Under the pieces are notes generated by a model. The model was given only the letters and a program-made list of their open reading frames with translations, was not told the origin of the DNA and did not search any database. From Clostridia bacterium (lineage in GTDB: Bacteria; Bacillota; Clostridia; Christensenellales; CAG-138): a DNA stretch of 62,285 bases. Position 1 is the stretch's first letter, and the number at the start of each line of letters is the position of its first letter. Shown piece after piece: positions 18,464 to 29,063 of this stretch. The translations under genes were made by a program, and so were the position numbers. Location: positions 1-62,285 of the forward strand of contig JAUNBM010000006.1 in the NCBI GenBank assembly GCA_030527115.1, read 5' to 3'.

Positions 18464-21400
18464 ATGCGCGTCAAAGTTAGGAAACTTATATCCCTTCTCC
18501 TATCCCTTTTAATGATTTTTGCCTTCATTCCGGCATTCTCCGCCGCTGAAATAGGCGCGGACGGGGTTTATCTCGTCGAATATTCGGTTGGCGGGGGCGA
18601 GGGGAGTTCGGAGAACTACTATAACAACGACTATATAATTCTGCGAAACGGCGGCGCGGAGGACGTTAGCCTCGACGGCTGGTCGATTCAGCTCCTTGAG
18701 AGCGCCGAACGAACGGTTGCCTCCAAAAATGTTTATCCGCTGTCGGGGACGATAAAGGCCAACTCCTTTTTCCTAATCATCTGTGCAAAGGGCAAGACGG
18801 CTTCCCGCGATATCCCAATTGGCGGCAATTTTGAACTGTCCGGCTTGGATCTGACTTCGAGCGGGCATAAGCTTGCGCTGGTAAAGAATACCGTTGCGCT
18901 GTCGAATCTGACTAACGCCAATATTCCCACCAACAACAGCATTGCGGACTTTGTAGGTACTGTCAATGCAACCGAAAGCCTCTATTTGGGAGCGGGAGCG
19001 GCTAATAGTCCCGCGAATACTCAGTGCCTGACCCGGACGGGCTATACCAACGATAACGCGGCGGACTGGGATCGGGCGACGAGGGGCGCATATCCTATTT
19101 TGAAGGGGCTGATTGCGCTGGGCAGCGACGGCGGAGCGTCCACAGCCGCCGCGAACTCGCTTATCGGCTGGACTTTTGGAATCAAGGGGATAGACACCGA
19201 GATTCCGACCGCCGACGCGGCGTATACGCAGACGATGAATCTGGGGAGCCAGATTCACTTCAACGGCACGATCACCGGAGGAAAATTCTATTCCAACGGA
19301 ACGACTACGATAGGCGGCGCTTCCTATACCACCTATTCCTATGGGGCTACCTCCTGGCATTATGAAAGCGAGAATACCGACGACGGCAAGGGCTTCTACT
19401 TCTCGTTCTATTCCACCAACTACCGCAACCTCGCTATTTCATTTTGGGCAAAGAGTTCCAAGGCGGGGCCAAAAAATCTCCAGGTTCAGGTTAAGCTTGA
19501 CGGGGTATGGACGGATGTTCCGGGCGCGATTTTAACCCTCGATAACGCCGATTCCGGCAAGACGCTGACTTCGACCGCGATAAATCTTCCAATCTGGGAC
19601 AGCGATGAACTCGTGGAGATGCGGATTCTTCGCGTTGGAACCGAATGCTGTGAAACGGCGGCTGACGGGAACAATGAGATTCAGTCGACCGGCTCCTGCC
19701 AGATAGACGACCTGATGATAACCGGAGTGCCGATGGAGGAGGGCGAGATACTTCGCGATGCTCCGGGACGGGTGAGCGCAAGCCCCGATCCCGCTTTGGG
19801 GAGCGTGCGCGCCGGAACGCAAATAACCCTCACCTGCGAAACGGCGGACGCGCAGATCTATTACAAGGCGGGCGACAAGGACTATCAGCTCATCGAAAAC
19901 GGCGGCAAGATAACCCTCTACAACGGCGCGGTTATCACCGCCTACGGGTATATTGAAAACGCCTATGGCGGCGAGGTTTCCGAATTTGATTACACCATAG
20001 ACAACACGGGCGCTTCGATGGGGAGCGTAATTGGAACCGGCCCCGTCGTGATTCAGGAGCTGTATGGCGCGGGCGGGAACAGGGGCTCGCTCTATACGAC
20101 CGATTATGTGGTGCTTAGAAATATCTCCGATCGCAGGGTATCCATCGGCGGCTGGTCGCTCCTGTATGCTTCTCAAAATCAAGCCTTCTCTACAACGCAG
20201 GCTCAAACCCTTTGCTACACCTTTGAGGACGGCGTTTCCATAAGGGCGCACGGCTATCTTCTGGTGCGTTGCGCGGCGGGCACGAGCGGCGCGGGAGCCT
20301 ATGCGCTCACCGATTATGACGTTACTGCGTCGCTCAATTTAACCGGCTCGGGCGGCAAGCTTGCGCTGGTTGAGGACGCGAATACCTGCACCGGTTCGGA
20401 CGACCCGAATCTGGTGGATATGGTTTGCTGGGGTTCGCCCAACGACTATCTCGGCAACGGGCCGGCGCTCGGGGTCGACGATGTGCTTTACTGCCTCACC
20501 CGCGCCAACTATGCGGACGAGACGGTGGAGGCAGACCCGTTCGGCGGCTCCTATACCGGCGACAACCTCGTGGACTTCGTGGTTGCCCGCGCTAATCCAA
20601 AAAGCAGCATCTCCGCCGGAAGCGCGGAGGAATATGTAGCTTCGGTCACCTCTCCCCAGGCGGACGTTTTGCCGGCGGGAACGGCAATAGAGCTGACTTG
20701 CGAAACGGAGGGGGCGACTATCTATTACACGATAGATCAAGGGGCGACCTATCAGGCGTACAGCGCGCCCTTTACAACCGAAAACGACACGCTCGAAATC
20801 CGCGCCTATGCGGTCAGACCGTTCAACGGCGTCAATATCCGAAGCGATTATTCCGATATGTCCTTTGTATTCCTGTCCGGCGAGGGGAGCTATACCATCT
20901 CCCAGGCGCGGGTTTTGCAGGAGGGGACGGAGGTGACGGTTACGGGCGTAGTCACCTTCCTCGAAACCAACGCTTACGGCACGATAACGACGTTTACGAT
21001 GCAGGATGAAACGGCGGGCATAACGGTTCGCGGCTATGCAAACGCGCTCGAGGGCGTGGAGATAGGCAAAAAGGTTACGGTGAGCGGAACGCGCTCGTCT
21101 TACAGGGGACTGGAGCAGATTATCAATCCGGAGCTGAAGAGCGTCCCGATCCTCGGCAAGATGCCTGAGCCGATAGTCGCCACGGCGGCTCAGCTCATAG
21201 ATTCCGAGTTTGCCGAACAGCACGAATCCATGTATGTGTTGGTGCAGAATGCCCGCATGGACTCCATAAACTATACGGGCGGCTACGGCGGAACGCCTCC
21301 CGCGACAAGCATAATCGACGATACCGGTGCGGTCAACATCCATTATATCCCAACGCTCAGCGAGGTGGTTAAGGGCGATATCGTAAACGTATACGCCGTC

Positions 21401-24400
21401 CTGACCCAAAATGCCCAGGATCTCATCGCCTATGCCGACGGCTACTTTTTGAGGGTGGCGAGCGAGGATTGGATTCAGCTTGTTGAGCATCCAACCAAGC
21501 CCGACGAGGACTATTCGATAGCCTCGTGGAATCAGGGAACCGGGAGTGGAACGAATCAGATGCTGGCTTCGAGCGGCGAATATGCCTGGCGCTCGGTTGT
21601 AAGCAACGGCGACGACGCCGGAAACGCCTATGAATTTGGGACGAGCAAATCCTCAATAAACTGCAAGGGTTGGAATTATGCGGGAAGATACCTGCAATTC
21701 GAGTTTTCAACAGAGGGCTTTTCCGACATTCTTATATCGGCTATGCTCCGCTCCTCCGCTTCGGGGCCGAGAAACTTCATCATGCAGTATTCGCTGGACG
21801 GGGAAACCTTTGTAAATATCGAGGGTAGCGAGTTTTCGGTCGTATACAATGCGGCGAACGACTCCTTAAAGCAGGTGGTGAACCGCTTTGCCCTGCCTGA
21901 GGAGCTTGCCGACAAGCCCGTCGTCTATCTCCGGTGGACGCTCACCGACAATATCCGCGCCGACGGTTCGGGCGCTATTTCCTCGGCGGGCGCGCTGAAC
22001 TTCACGGGCGTGAGCATAATAGGACAGGCGATAGAAAGCGAGCTGGATATTACGGCGTTGCCCGGGGCGGGAATCGTGCCCCTGGGACAGAACGTGGCTT
22101 TGTCCTGCGACGATGGCGAAGCAGAAATCTATTACAGACAATATATCGCTCCCGTCTATGAGGAAGGCGAGGAGGAGGACGACCTCGTCGACCGGACCGA
22201 CGATAACTGGCTCAAATATGAGCCCGCTTCGGAGATACAGCTTTCGGAGCTTCCCTATACGCTTCAGGCTTATGCCGTAAGCGGGGGGGAGCGCGGACGG
22301 ATATTCACCTTCGATTATGTGCAACAGCAATGCGAACCGGTCAAGTCCACGGACTACACCGGCGCGCTGAAGGAGGGCAAGGAGGTGGTTTTGACAACCG
22401 CCACCGAGGGTGCGCTCATACGGGTGACGGTGATGCAAAACTTTGGACAGAGCGGCGCGACTACCTATACCGCTTGGGCGCTTGAAACCTGGGCGGTGAG
22501 CTTTGACGCGGCGCAATTTCCGGTGAGAATCGAGGCCTATGCCGAGAAGGAGGGCTGTTTAAACAGCGAAACCCTGATTATAGACTTCACCTTGAAGCAG
22601 ACGGGCGGCGAGGAGCTGTATTTTGGACAGATTCACAGCCACACGACGCTCTCCGACGGAGTGGGCTCCATCGACGACGCCTATAACTACGCTAAGAATT
22701 CCGCGAGCAACGTCGACTTCCTCATCGTTACGGATCACAGCAACTATCTGGACAGCCGCACCAATCTCGGAACGATGGACGGCGAAAACTTGGGCACGCT
22801 GACCTCCTATGTGAACGATGCGGGCGAGACGGTTTCGATAACCAAGTGGGAGCTGGGCAAGCTTACGGCAGACAAGTATACCGACAGCACCTTTGTGGCG
22901 GATTTCGGCTACGAGATGACGTGGTCGGGACAGTACGGCCATATCAATACCTATGCAACCGACGGGTTTGTTTCGCGCAACGACGGAACCTATACGATCT
23001 CGGGCGGCGCGGGGCTGGTTAACTACTATGAGCTTTTGACCCGCTACCCGCAGTCGATATCCATGTTCAATCATCCGGGAACGACCTTCGGAACCTTTGA
23101 CGATTACGCCTATTACACCGAAGAATACGATCAGGTGATAACGCTTATCGAGGTTGGAAACGGCGAAGGAGCCATTGGGAGCGCGGGCTACTGGCCGAGC
23201 TATGAACAGTATACCAGGGCTTTGGATAAGGGCTGGCATCTTGCGCCCGCCAACAACCAGGACAATCACAAGGGCCGCTGGGGCGACGCAAACACCGCCC
23301 GTGACGTAGCCTGGACGAACGATTTTACGCGGAACGGAATTTTGCAGGCCATGCGCGAGATGAGGATGTATGCGACCGAGGACGAGAATCTGGAGATAAC
23401 CTACTTCGTCAACGGAGAGCCGCTCGGCACCATCTTTGAGACAACTCCGTCGTCGCTCAACTTCGAGGTTAGCGTCTATGATCCCGACGTCTCCGACAAG
23501 AGCTTCAAGCTCTCGATTATTGCGAATAACGGCAAGACCGTTTATTCCCAGTCCGGCGTTGTTGCCAACGGAAGCCCGTGCGAATTCAACTTCACCCTGC
23601 TCCCGGAGGATACCTACTATTTCGTGCGGGTCGATCAATCGGACGGCAACATCGCCGTGACCGCGCCAATCTGGGTGGGCGAGATTATGAAGGTCGGAGT
23701 GGAGTCGCTGACCGCCGATGTTGACTTCCCGGTTGCAGGCGAGGCTATTGAACTTTCAACGCTGGTTTACAACGATGAAACGACCGATTTTGTTCTTACC
23801 GGAATAAGCTATGCGGTCGAAGGCGGAGCGGAAATCGCAACCAAACAGCTCTCCAAGGCTTTGCGGGACGGGGAGAGATATACCGACGTTATCACCTATA
23901 CGCCGCAATCGCCCGGCGCCGTTACGATAGTGGTTACGGCAACGGGAACGATAGACGGACGGGAATATTCGTTTACCGCCTCGCTGGAGCTGAATGTTCT
24001 GCTTTCGAGCGACATTCTGAATATAGCGATAGACGCGAGCCACAACAACTACTATGTTTCCGGCGACAGCGCGGCTTCATACCTGCGGCTTTCGGAGATT
24101 GCCGCCCTGTTCAACGGCAGGGTGACGCTCATCGAGAACGGAATTACCGCCGCCTCGCTAAGGGAAGTCGACCTGCTGATCCTTACCGCTCCCTATGACG
24201 GGTATAATGCCGGAGGCGCAAGCTATACGAGCGCCGAACTCAGCGCCATAAAGGGCTTTGCCGATGCGGGCGGGAGCATCCTGATAACCGGAAAATCCGA
24301 TCGCGGCGACGGAGCGGTTACCGCCAACGACAAGCTCAACGGAGTTTTAGCCGCAATCGGAACTGGAACGCGGCTTCGCTCCGATACCGTTGTCGACCTT

Positions 24401-25693
24401 ACGCAGTCGAGCGTAACAAGCTTCAATCTGACCTTCAAACGGGCGGAGAGCTTCATGTATGAGCATCGGTTGCTTGCGGAGGTTGAGGCTTACAGCAGCG
24501 GGAGCTTCGCATACTATTCCGGCTCCTCGGTAGCTATGGGAAGCGGCGCGGACGCGGTGATTTCGGGCAATTCGACGACCTTTGGAACGCCCTATTCCAA
24601 CTTGGAAGCCGAAACTCCGAACCTGCCGATAGACGAGGACAATGTGACCGTCAGCGGAACGGACACAACGCTCGTCTCTTGCGAGACGCTTGCCGGCGGA
24701 GGATTTTTGGTAGTCAGCGGCATGAGCTTCTTTAACGACTATCAGATTCCGGAGATGGAGAATGCCGCCCAGACCTTCGATGTGAACTACTATCTGACCC
24801 GCAACCTGATTATGTCGGCGGTCGGAGTTACCCCGATAGCCACGGTCAGAAATGCGTCGGAGGGGAGATGGTTTGCCGTTGAGGGAACGGTGACGACGAA
24901 TGCGAGCGGGCATGACGTAAACACGGCGTTCTTTGACAGCATTTATGTCCAGGACGCTTCGGGCGGAATCAACCTCTTCCCCGTGAGCGGCGACTTTGCC
25001 ATAGGGCAAAGGGTATGGGCGTGCGGCTTCGTTGGAGGTTATCAGGGCGATTCCCAGCTAAACGACGTTCAGATATACCTGATGGACGGGGATTCAAACC
25101 CGGTTGAGCCAAAGTATACGACTACCTATGACTCGATGCGTTCGAGCAATCAGGGACAGCTCGTCTATATCGAGGGCGTGGTTGAGTCCGTCTCGCTGAA
25201 CGAAGGCGTGGTCGAATACATCATGGTCAACGACGGGAGCGGTGTTTCCAGGGTATTCATCGACGGCTACATCTATTGCGACTGCCCCTCCCACGCCAAG
25301 AATGCGTCGGGGCACGACCTGAGCTGGATAAGGGCGGGCTCGATTATCCGCGTAACCGGTATAGCCTCCACGGGAATGCATCCGGACGAAACGGGAATAG
25401 ATCAGCTTTTGCCGAGAATCCGAATCCGAAACCGCGCCGAGATAGTCAGGATTGACAGCTACACGCCACAGGAACCGCCCTCGCTTCTCTACGGCGATGC
25501 GGATTGCAACGGCGAGCTGGAAGCCGCGGATGCGGCGGCGATACTCCGCGCCGTAGTCCGGCTCAGCGAATTGAGCGCCGAAGGTAAGCTCAACGCCGAA
25601 GTCACCGGCGACGGCGAGGTGGACGCGGCGGATGCGGCGGCGATATTAAGAAGGCTTGTAAGGATTATCGACCGGTTCCCGGTTGAGGAATAG
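18464..25693 (+). CDS. Giant secreted multidomain protein: two lamin-tail domains, Fn3-like repeats, OB-folds, CehA/McbA-type PHP metallohydrolase, C-terminal dockerin
   Basis: Start MRVKVRK after GAGGT; LTD motifs (QELYGAGGN..DYVVLRN); OB motifs (VTGVVT..QDETAGI); PHP motifs HSHT..SDG, TDH, GHIN, FNHPG, NQDNH; tail GDADCNG..DAAAILR x2. Confidence 0.8.
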   Translation: MRVKVRKLISLLLSLLMIFAFIPAFSAAEIGADGVYLVEYSVGGGEGSSENYYNNDYIILRNGGAEDVSLDGWSIQLLESAERTVASKNVYPLSGTIKANSFFLIICAKGKTASRDIPIGGNFELSGLDLTSSGHKLALVKNTVALSNLTNANIPTNNSIADFVGTVNATESLYLGAGAANSPANTQCLTRTGYTNDNAADWDRATRGAYPILKGLIALGSDGGASTAAANSLIGWTFGIKGIDTEIPTADAAYTQTMNLGSQIHFNGTITGGKFYSNGTTTIGGASYTTYSYGATSWHYESENTDDGKGFYFSFYSTNYRNLAISFWAKSSKAGPKNLQVQVKLDGVWTDVPGAILTLDNADSGKTLTSTAINLPIWDSDELVEMRILRVGTECCETAADGNNEIQSTGSCQIDDLMITGVPMEEGEILRDAPGRVSASPDPALGSVRAGTQITLTCETADAQIYYKAGDKDYQLIENGGKITLYNGAVITAYGYIENAYGGEVSEFDYTIDNTGASMGSVIGTGPVVIQELYGAGGNRGSLYTTDYVVLRNISDRRVSIGGWSLLYASQNQAFSTTQAQTLCYTFEDGVSIRAHGYLLVRCAAGTSGAGAYALTDYDVTASLNLTGSGGKLALVEDANTCTGSDDPNLVDMVCWGSPNDYLGNGPALGVDDVLYCLTRANYADETVEADPFGGSYTGDNLVDFVVARANPKSSISAGSAEEYVASVTSPQADVLPAGTAIELTCETEGATIYYTIDQGATYQAYSAPFTTENDTLEIRAYAVRPFNGVNIRSDYSDMSFVFLSGEGSYTISQARVLQEGTEVTVTGVVTFLETNAYGTITTFTMQDETAGITVRGYANALEGVEIGKKVTVSGTRSSYRGLEQIINPELKSVPILGKMPEPIVATAAQLIDSEFAEQHESMYVLVQNARMDSINYTGGYGGTPPATSIIDDTGAVNIHYIPTLSEVVKGDIVNVYAVLTQNAQDLIAYADGYFLRVASEDWIQLVEHPTKPDEDYSIASWNQGTGSGTNQMLASSGEYAWRSVVSNGDDAGNAYEFGTSKSSINCKGWNYAGRYLQFEFSTEGFSDILISAMLRSSASGPRNFIMQYSLDGETFVNIEGSEFSVVYNAANDSLKQVVNRFALPEELADKPVVYLRWTLTDNIRADGSGAISSAGALNFTGVSIIGQAIESELDITALPGAGIVPLGQNVALSCDDGEAEIYYRQYIAPVYEEGEEEDDLVDRTDDNWLKYEPASEIQLSELPYTLQAYAVSGGERGRIFTFDYVQQQCEPVKSTDYTGALKEGKEVVLTTATEGALIRVTVMQNFGQSGATTYTAWALETWAVSFDAAQFPVRIEAYAEKEGCLNSETLIIDFTLKQTGGEELYFGQIHSHTTLSDGVGSIDDAYNYAKNSASNVDFLIVTDHSNYLDSRTNLGTMDGENLGTLTSYVNDAGETVSITKWELGKLTADKYTDSTFVADFGYEMTWSGQYGHINTYATDGFVSRNDGTYTISGGAGLVNYYELLTRYPQSISMFNHPGTTFGTFDDYAYYTEEYDQVITLIEVGNGEGAIGSAGYWPSYEQYTRALDKGWHLAPANNQDNHKGRWGDANTARDVAWTNDFTRNGILQAMREMRMYATEDENLEITYFVNGEPLGTIFETTPSSLNFEVSVYDPDVSDKSFKLSIIANNGKTVYSQSGVVANGSPCEFNFTLLPEDTYYFVRVDQSDGNIAVTAPIWVGEIMKVGVESLTADVDFPVAGEAIELSTLVYNDETTDFVLTGISYAVEGGAEIATKQLSKALRDGERYTDVITYTPQSPGAVTIVVTATGTIDGREYSFTASLELNVLLSSDILNIAIDASHNNYYVSGDSAASYLRLSEIAALFNGRVTLIENGITAASLREVDLLILTAPYDGYNAGGASYTSAELSAIKGFADAGGSILITGKSDRGDGAVTANDKLNGVLAAIGTGTRLRSDTVVDLTQSSVTSFNLTFKRAESFMYEHRLLAEVEAYSSGSFAYYSGSSVAMGSGADAVISGNSTTFGTPYSNLEAETPNLPIDEDNVTVSGTDTTLVSCETLAGGGFLVVSGMSFFNDYQIPEMENAAQTFDVNYYLTRNLIMSAVGVTPIATVRNASEGRWFAVEGTVTTNASGHDVNTAFFDSIYVQDASGGINLFPVSGDFAIGQRVWACGFVGGYQGDSQLNDVQIYLMDGDSNPVEPKYTTTYDSMRSSNQGQLVYIEGVVESVSLNEGVVEYIMVNDGSGVSRVFIDGYIYCDCPSHAKNASGHDLSWIRAGSIIRVTGIASTGMHPDETGIDQLLPRIRIRNRAEIVRIDSYTPQEPPSLLYGDADCNGELEAADAAAILRAVVRLSELSAEGKLNAEVTGDGEVDAADAAAILRRLVRIIDRFPVEE

Positions 25694-25731
25694 GGGCAGG
25701 GCCTGTTTCCAAGGAAGGAAGCATAAAAAGC

Positions 25732-25776
25732 CGATGCCCGCCGAAGGACGCGAACCTTCAGCGGGTATCCTTTTTT
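25732..25776 (+). terminator. Rho-independent terminator
   Basis: GATGCCCGCCGAAGG/CCTTCAGCGGGTATC imperfect stem followed by T6. Confidence 0.65.
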
Positions 25777-25955
25777 GCGTAAAAAACGATAGTCATATTC
25801 TCTTGAATCTGTTCTTCTTTTCCGGTTGTCACATATTCTGTTAAAGCTTGCTGGGCATAACCGTTGCCTTGATATTCAGGCAAGATAAACATGGGCGCAA
25901 TTCTATAAACGTTTTCGTCCATTCTAACCACCCCGATAACGCCGATGTTTACAGC
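25758..25955 (-). pseudogene. GNAT acetyltransferase remnant
   Basis: Hand translation VNIGVIGVVRMDENVYRIAPMFILPEYQGNGYAQQALTEYVTTGKEEQIQENMTIVFYAKK: motif A (ILPEYQGxG) present; N-terminus, start/RBS and motif B missing. Confidence 0.65.
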
Positions 25956-26011
25956 TCTGCCAGTCCCCGTTATTTAATTTGTCAGCTACGGTAGCCCAGA
26001 TTATTTGAGCC

Positions 26012-26656
26012 TTAACCGCGAAGCTCCCCTATCATGGCGGCGGGGTCTTGGGCGGTAAACACCGCGTTTCCGGCTACGAGAACCGAAGCGCCTGCCTCCC
26101 TGCACAGCCGCGCCGTTTCGCGATTGATTCCACCGTCCACCTCGATATCGACGTTTAAGCCGCGCCCGTCGAGAAAGCTCCGAAGCGTTGCAATCTTATT
26201 TAGGGTCTCCGGAATGAAGGACTGCCCCCCGAAGCCGGGATTTACGCCCATAAGCAGAATCATATCGCAGTTTTCAGCCACATGAAAGCAGGTTGAAACG
26301 GGGGTGGCGGGGTTCAAAACAACGCCCGCTTTCATTCCCAGCGAATGTATGTGCTGAAGAAGCCGGTGAATATGCCGCTCCGCCTCGACATGGAAGGTGA
26401 TGATATCTGCGCCCGCATCCTTAAACGGCTGAATCCAGTCCTGCGGATGATCGACCATGAGGTGAACGTCAAAGGGCAGACTGCACTTGGGCCGAAGGGC
26501 CTTGCACATACCCGGGCCAAAGGTTATGTTTGGAACGAAGTTTCCGTCCATAATATCGAGATGAACCATATCGGCTCCCCAGGCGGAAAGCCGTTCGAGC
26601 GAATCGCCCATTGAGGCAAAATCCGCCGAGAGCATCGAGGGCGCAATCTTAATCAT
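26012..26656 (-). CDS. rpe: Ribulose-phosphate 3-epimerase
   Basis: IAPSMLSADF, HLDIMDG.FVPN, DVHLMV, NPGFGGQ, EVDGG. Confidence 0.96.
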   Translation of the reverse strand: MIKIAPSMLSADFASMGDSLERLSAWGADMVHLDIMDGNFVPNITFGPGMCKALRPKCSLPFDVHLMVDHPQDWIQPFKDAGADIITFHVEAERHIHRLLQHIHSLGMKAGVVLNPATPVSTCFHVAENCDMILLMGVNPGFGGQSFIPETLNKIATLRSFLDGRGLNVDIEVDGGINRETARLCREAGASVLVAGNAVFTAQDPAAMIGELRG

Positions 26657-27521
26657 ACAAGTGTTTTCTCCTGTTTTCGTTCTCTTTGTATATCGTAACA
26701 TATCTTTGGTATCGGTGCAAAGAAAGTTTTTCAGCTTCCAACAAGAGCTTAACCCCGCAATCGGGTTCGCCGGTATGGGAGCAATCGGAGAAGCGGCAGG
26801 GTTCGGCGTGCCTGAATTCGGGATAGCAGTCCAAAAGCTCCTGAAGGCTCAAAAGCTCCGATTCGAGGAGCGAGAAGCCGGGGGTGTCCAAAATGGCCCC
26901 GTCTAAAAAGGGGATGAGCGAAGCGGAGCGGGTGGTGTGCTTTCCGCGGCGGGTTCTTTGCGAGAGTTCGCCGGTTTCATGCTCCAAACCGGGCAAAAGC
27001 GCATTTAGGATGGAGGTTTTGCCAACTGCCGACTGACCGGCAAAACAGCTTATGCCGCAGGACAGCGCGCCTCTAAGCTTGTCCAAGCCCTCGCCGCTGA
27101 CCGCCGAAACCATATAGGACTCAAACTCGCGATAATCGTTTAAAAACTGCTCGACGGTCGTTGGATCGGCGTCGTCGATCTTATTCAAAATCGGAAGCGG
27201 CTTAATCCCAGCCCGCGTTGCGGCGATAATAAGCTTGTCCAAAAGCAACCAGTCGGGGCTGGGCGAGGAGGCCGACACAACGATTGCGAGCAGGTCTATA
27301 TTCGACGCCATCGGGCGGATCAAGCTGTTCTTGCGCGGAAGAATCTCCGTTATCTGCCCCAGCTCGTCCTTGAAGGTCTCGTAGCGGACTATATCGCCCA
27401 CCATGGGAACGAGGCTCTTATTGCGAAAAGCACCCTTCGCCTTGCAGGTGACTACCTTATCTCCGTCCTTAACATAATAGAATCCGCCGATCCCTTTTAT
27501 TATTCTACCCTCGCTCGCCAT
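26649..27521 (-). CDS. rsgA: Ribosome small subunit-dependent GTPase A
   Basis: NKID, GQSAVGKT, GKHTT, DTPGF and C-terminal CRFSDCSH..EPDC zinc site. Confidence 0.95.
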   Translation of the reverse strand: MASEGRIIKGIGGFYYVKDGDKVVTCKAKGAFRNKSLVPMVGDIVRYETFKDELGQITEILPRKNSLIRPMASNIDLLAIVVSASSPSPDWLLLDKLIIAATRAGIKPLPILNKIDDADPTTVEQFLNDYREFESYMVSAVSGEGLDKLRGALSCGISCFAGQSAVGKTSILNALLPGLEHETGELSQRTRRGKHTTRSASLIPFLDGAILDTPGFSLLESELLSLQELLDCYPEFRHAEPCRFSDCSHTGEPDCGVKLLLEAEKLSLHRYQRYVTIYKENENRRKHLYD

Positions 27522-29063
27522 CTACTCTGAAAAAGACACCTTCTGCCTCTCGATATTCAGCCCGTTAATGAACAGGAGAACGTCCCTGTCAGCCGGGTCG
27601 TTGCTGTATACGGTTGCGGAAACGGTTATTCGGGTCTCCTCGAAGGCGCAAACGGTCTCATAGAGTATGACATAGTATTGAACCTCGGAGTTGGAGGTCT
27701 GATATACCATCTGAACCACCGAATCGTTGCGCGGAACGGTCAGCGTAAAGGATATATCGGCCTTGTAAGTTCCCCTCGACCTTCGAGCTATGGTTATCTT
27801 AACGGAGTCCGAGGGGTCCACGTCGGAACCCTGCTCTATGGACTGGCTGATAACGGAGTCGATTTCAGCGTCCGAACTTTCGTCTATGGCAACAAAGATA
27901 TTGGAAAAGCCCATCTCGGAGAGCTGTTGCAGGGCGCGGTTGAGCGAAGAACCATATAGATCCGGCATAACCACATAATCCGAGGGCGCGTCGGTGGGCG
28001 CGGGGCTGTAGGTGGCAAGCTCAGTCGGGGAGAGGGTGGGGGAGGAGATTGAGCCGGGCGAGGAAGTAGGGTCTGAGGAGCCGGAAAAGACGTCGAGGCT
28101 GAACAGGATGATTCCGACGAATATAACCGTGATCGGAATAAAGACCGCCAAAGCTATTATCAGGTAGGTTGAAACCTTGGTCTTTGCAGGCGGCTTCAAA
28201 ACGCCGTCGGCTTGTGAAGCGGAGTTGCGGGAATAGGCGTTCGGCTCGGTCAGGGACAGAACCAGGTCAGAGCGCATAGCTTTTGCCGTGCGATACCGGT
28301 TTTGCGGCTCCTTTTCCAAGGCGCGCATGATTATATCGTTGATGGCAGGCGGTATGCCGGGGTTCAGCTCGATGGGCGGCTGAGGGTCATCCTGCAGGTG
28401 CATCAGGGCGATGGACACCGTGGATTCGGCTTTAAAAGGAACCGTGCCGGTGAGCATCTCATAGAGGGTTACGCCGACGGAATAGATATCGCTGGCGGCG
28501 GATACCGAGCCGCCCTTCGCCTGCTCCGGTGAGATATAATGCACCGAACCCATAACGTTTGCGCCCGCAAAGGTGACGGTAGACGCGGAGGCGTCGCGGG
28601 CTATGCCAAAGTCGGTCAGCTTAACCCTGCCGCGGGAGGTTATGATGATATTCTGGGGCTTGACGTCGCGGTGGATAATCCCGTGCGAGTGCGCGGTATC
28701 CAGCGCGTCCAGAAGCTGACAGCAGATGCCGATGGCGGTGCGGACGGACAAGAAGCCGCTTTCGGAGATGAGCTGTTTGAGCGTCGGGCCCTCCACATAC
28801 TCCAAAACGATGTAGGGCAAGCCCTCGTGCTGGCCAACGCCGTAGGCGCGCACAATGTTTTCGTGCGCAAGATGAAGGGAGGCCCGCGCCTCGCGCTCAA
28901 AGCGGCGCAAAAACTCCGGATCGTTGCCGTATTCCGCCTTTAGTACCTTTATTGCAACGGATCGGCGGTTGCTCATGTTGATGGCGCGATAGACGTGCGC
29001 CATGCCGCCGGAACCGATAAGCTCGACAATTCGATATTTGCGATTCAATACCTCACCTATCAT
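27522..29063 (-). CDS. pknB: Ser/Thr protein kinase (PknB/PrkC family) with TM and PASTA-like domain
   Basis: GSGGMA, HRDVKPQN, DFG, GSVHYISPEQ; TM helix; MPDLYG PASTA-like segment. Confidence 0.92.
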   Translation of the reverse strand: MIGEVLNRKYRIVELIGSGGMAHVYRAINMSNRRSVAIKVLKAEYGNDPEFLRRFEREARASLHLAHENIVRAYGVGQHEGLPYIVLEYVEGPTLKQLISESGFLSVRTAIGICCQLLDALDTAHSHGIIHRDVKPQNIIITSRGRVKLTDFGIARDASASTVTFAGANVMGSVHYISPEQAKGGSVSAASDIYSVGVTLYEMLTGTVPFKAESTVSIALMHLQDDPQPPIELNPGIPPAINDIIMRALEKEPQNRYRTAKAMRSDLVLSLTEPNAYSRNSASQADGVLKPPAKTKVSTYLIIALAVFIPITVIFVGIILFSLDVFSGSSDPTSSPGSISSPTLSPTELATYSPAPTDAPSDYVVMPDLYGSSLNRALQQLSEMGFSNIFVAIDESSDAEIDSVISQSIEQGSDVDPSDSVKITIARRSRGTYKADISFTLTVPRNDSVVQMVYQTSNSEVQYYVILYETVCAFEETRITVSATVYSNDPADRDVLLFINGLNIERQKVSFSE

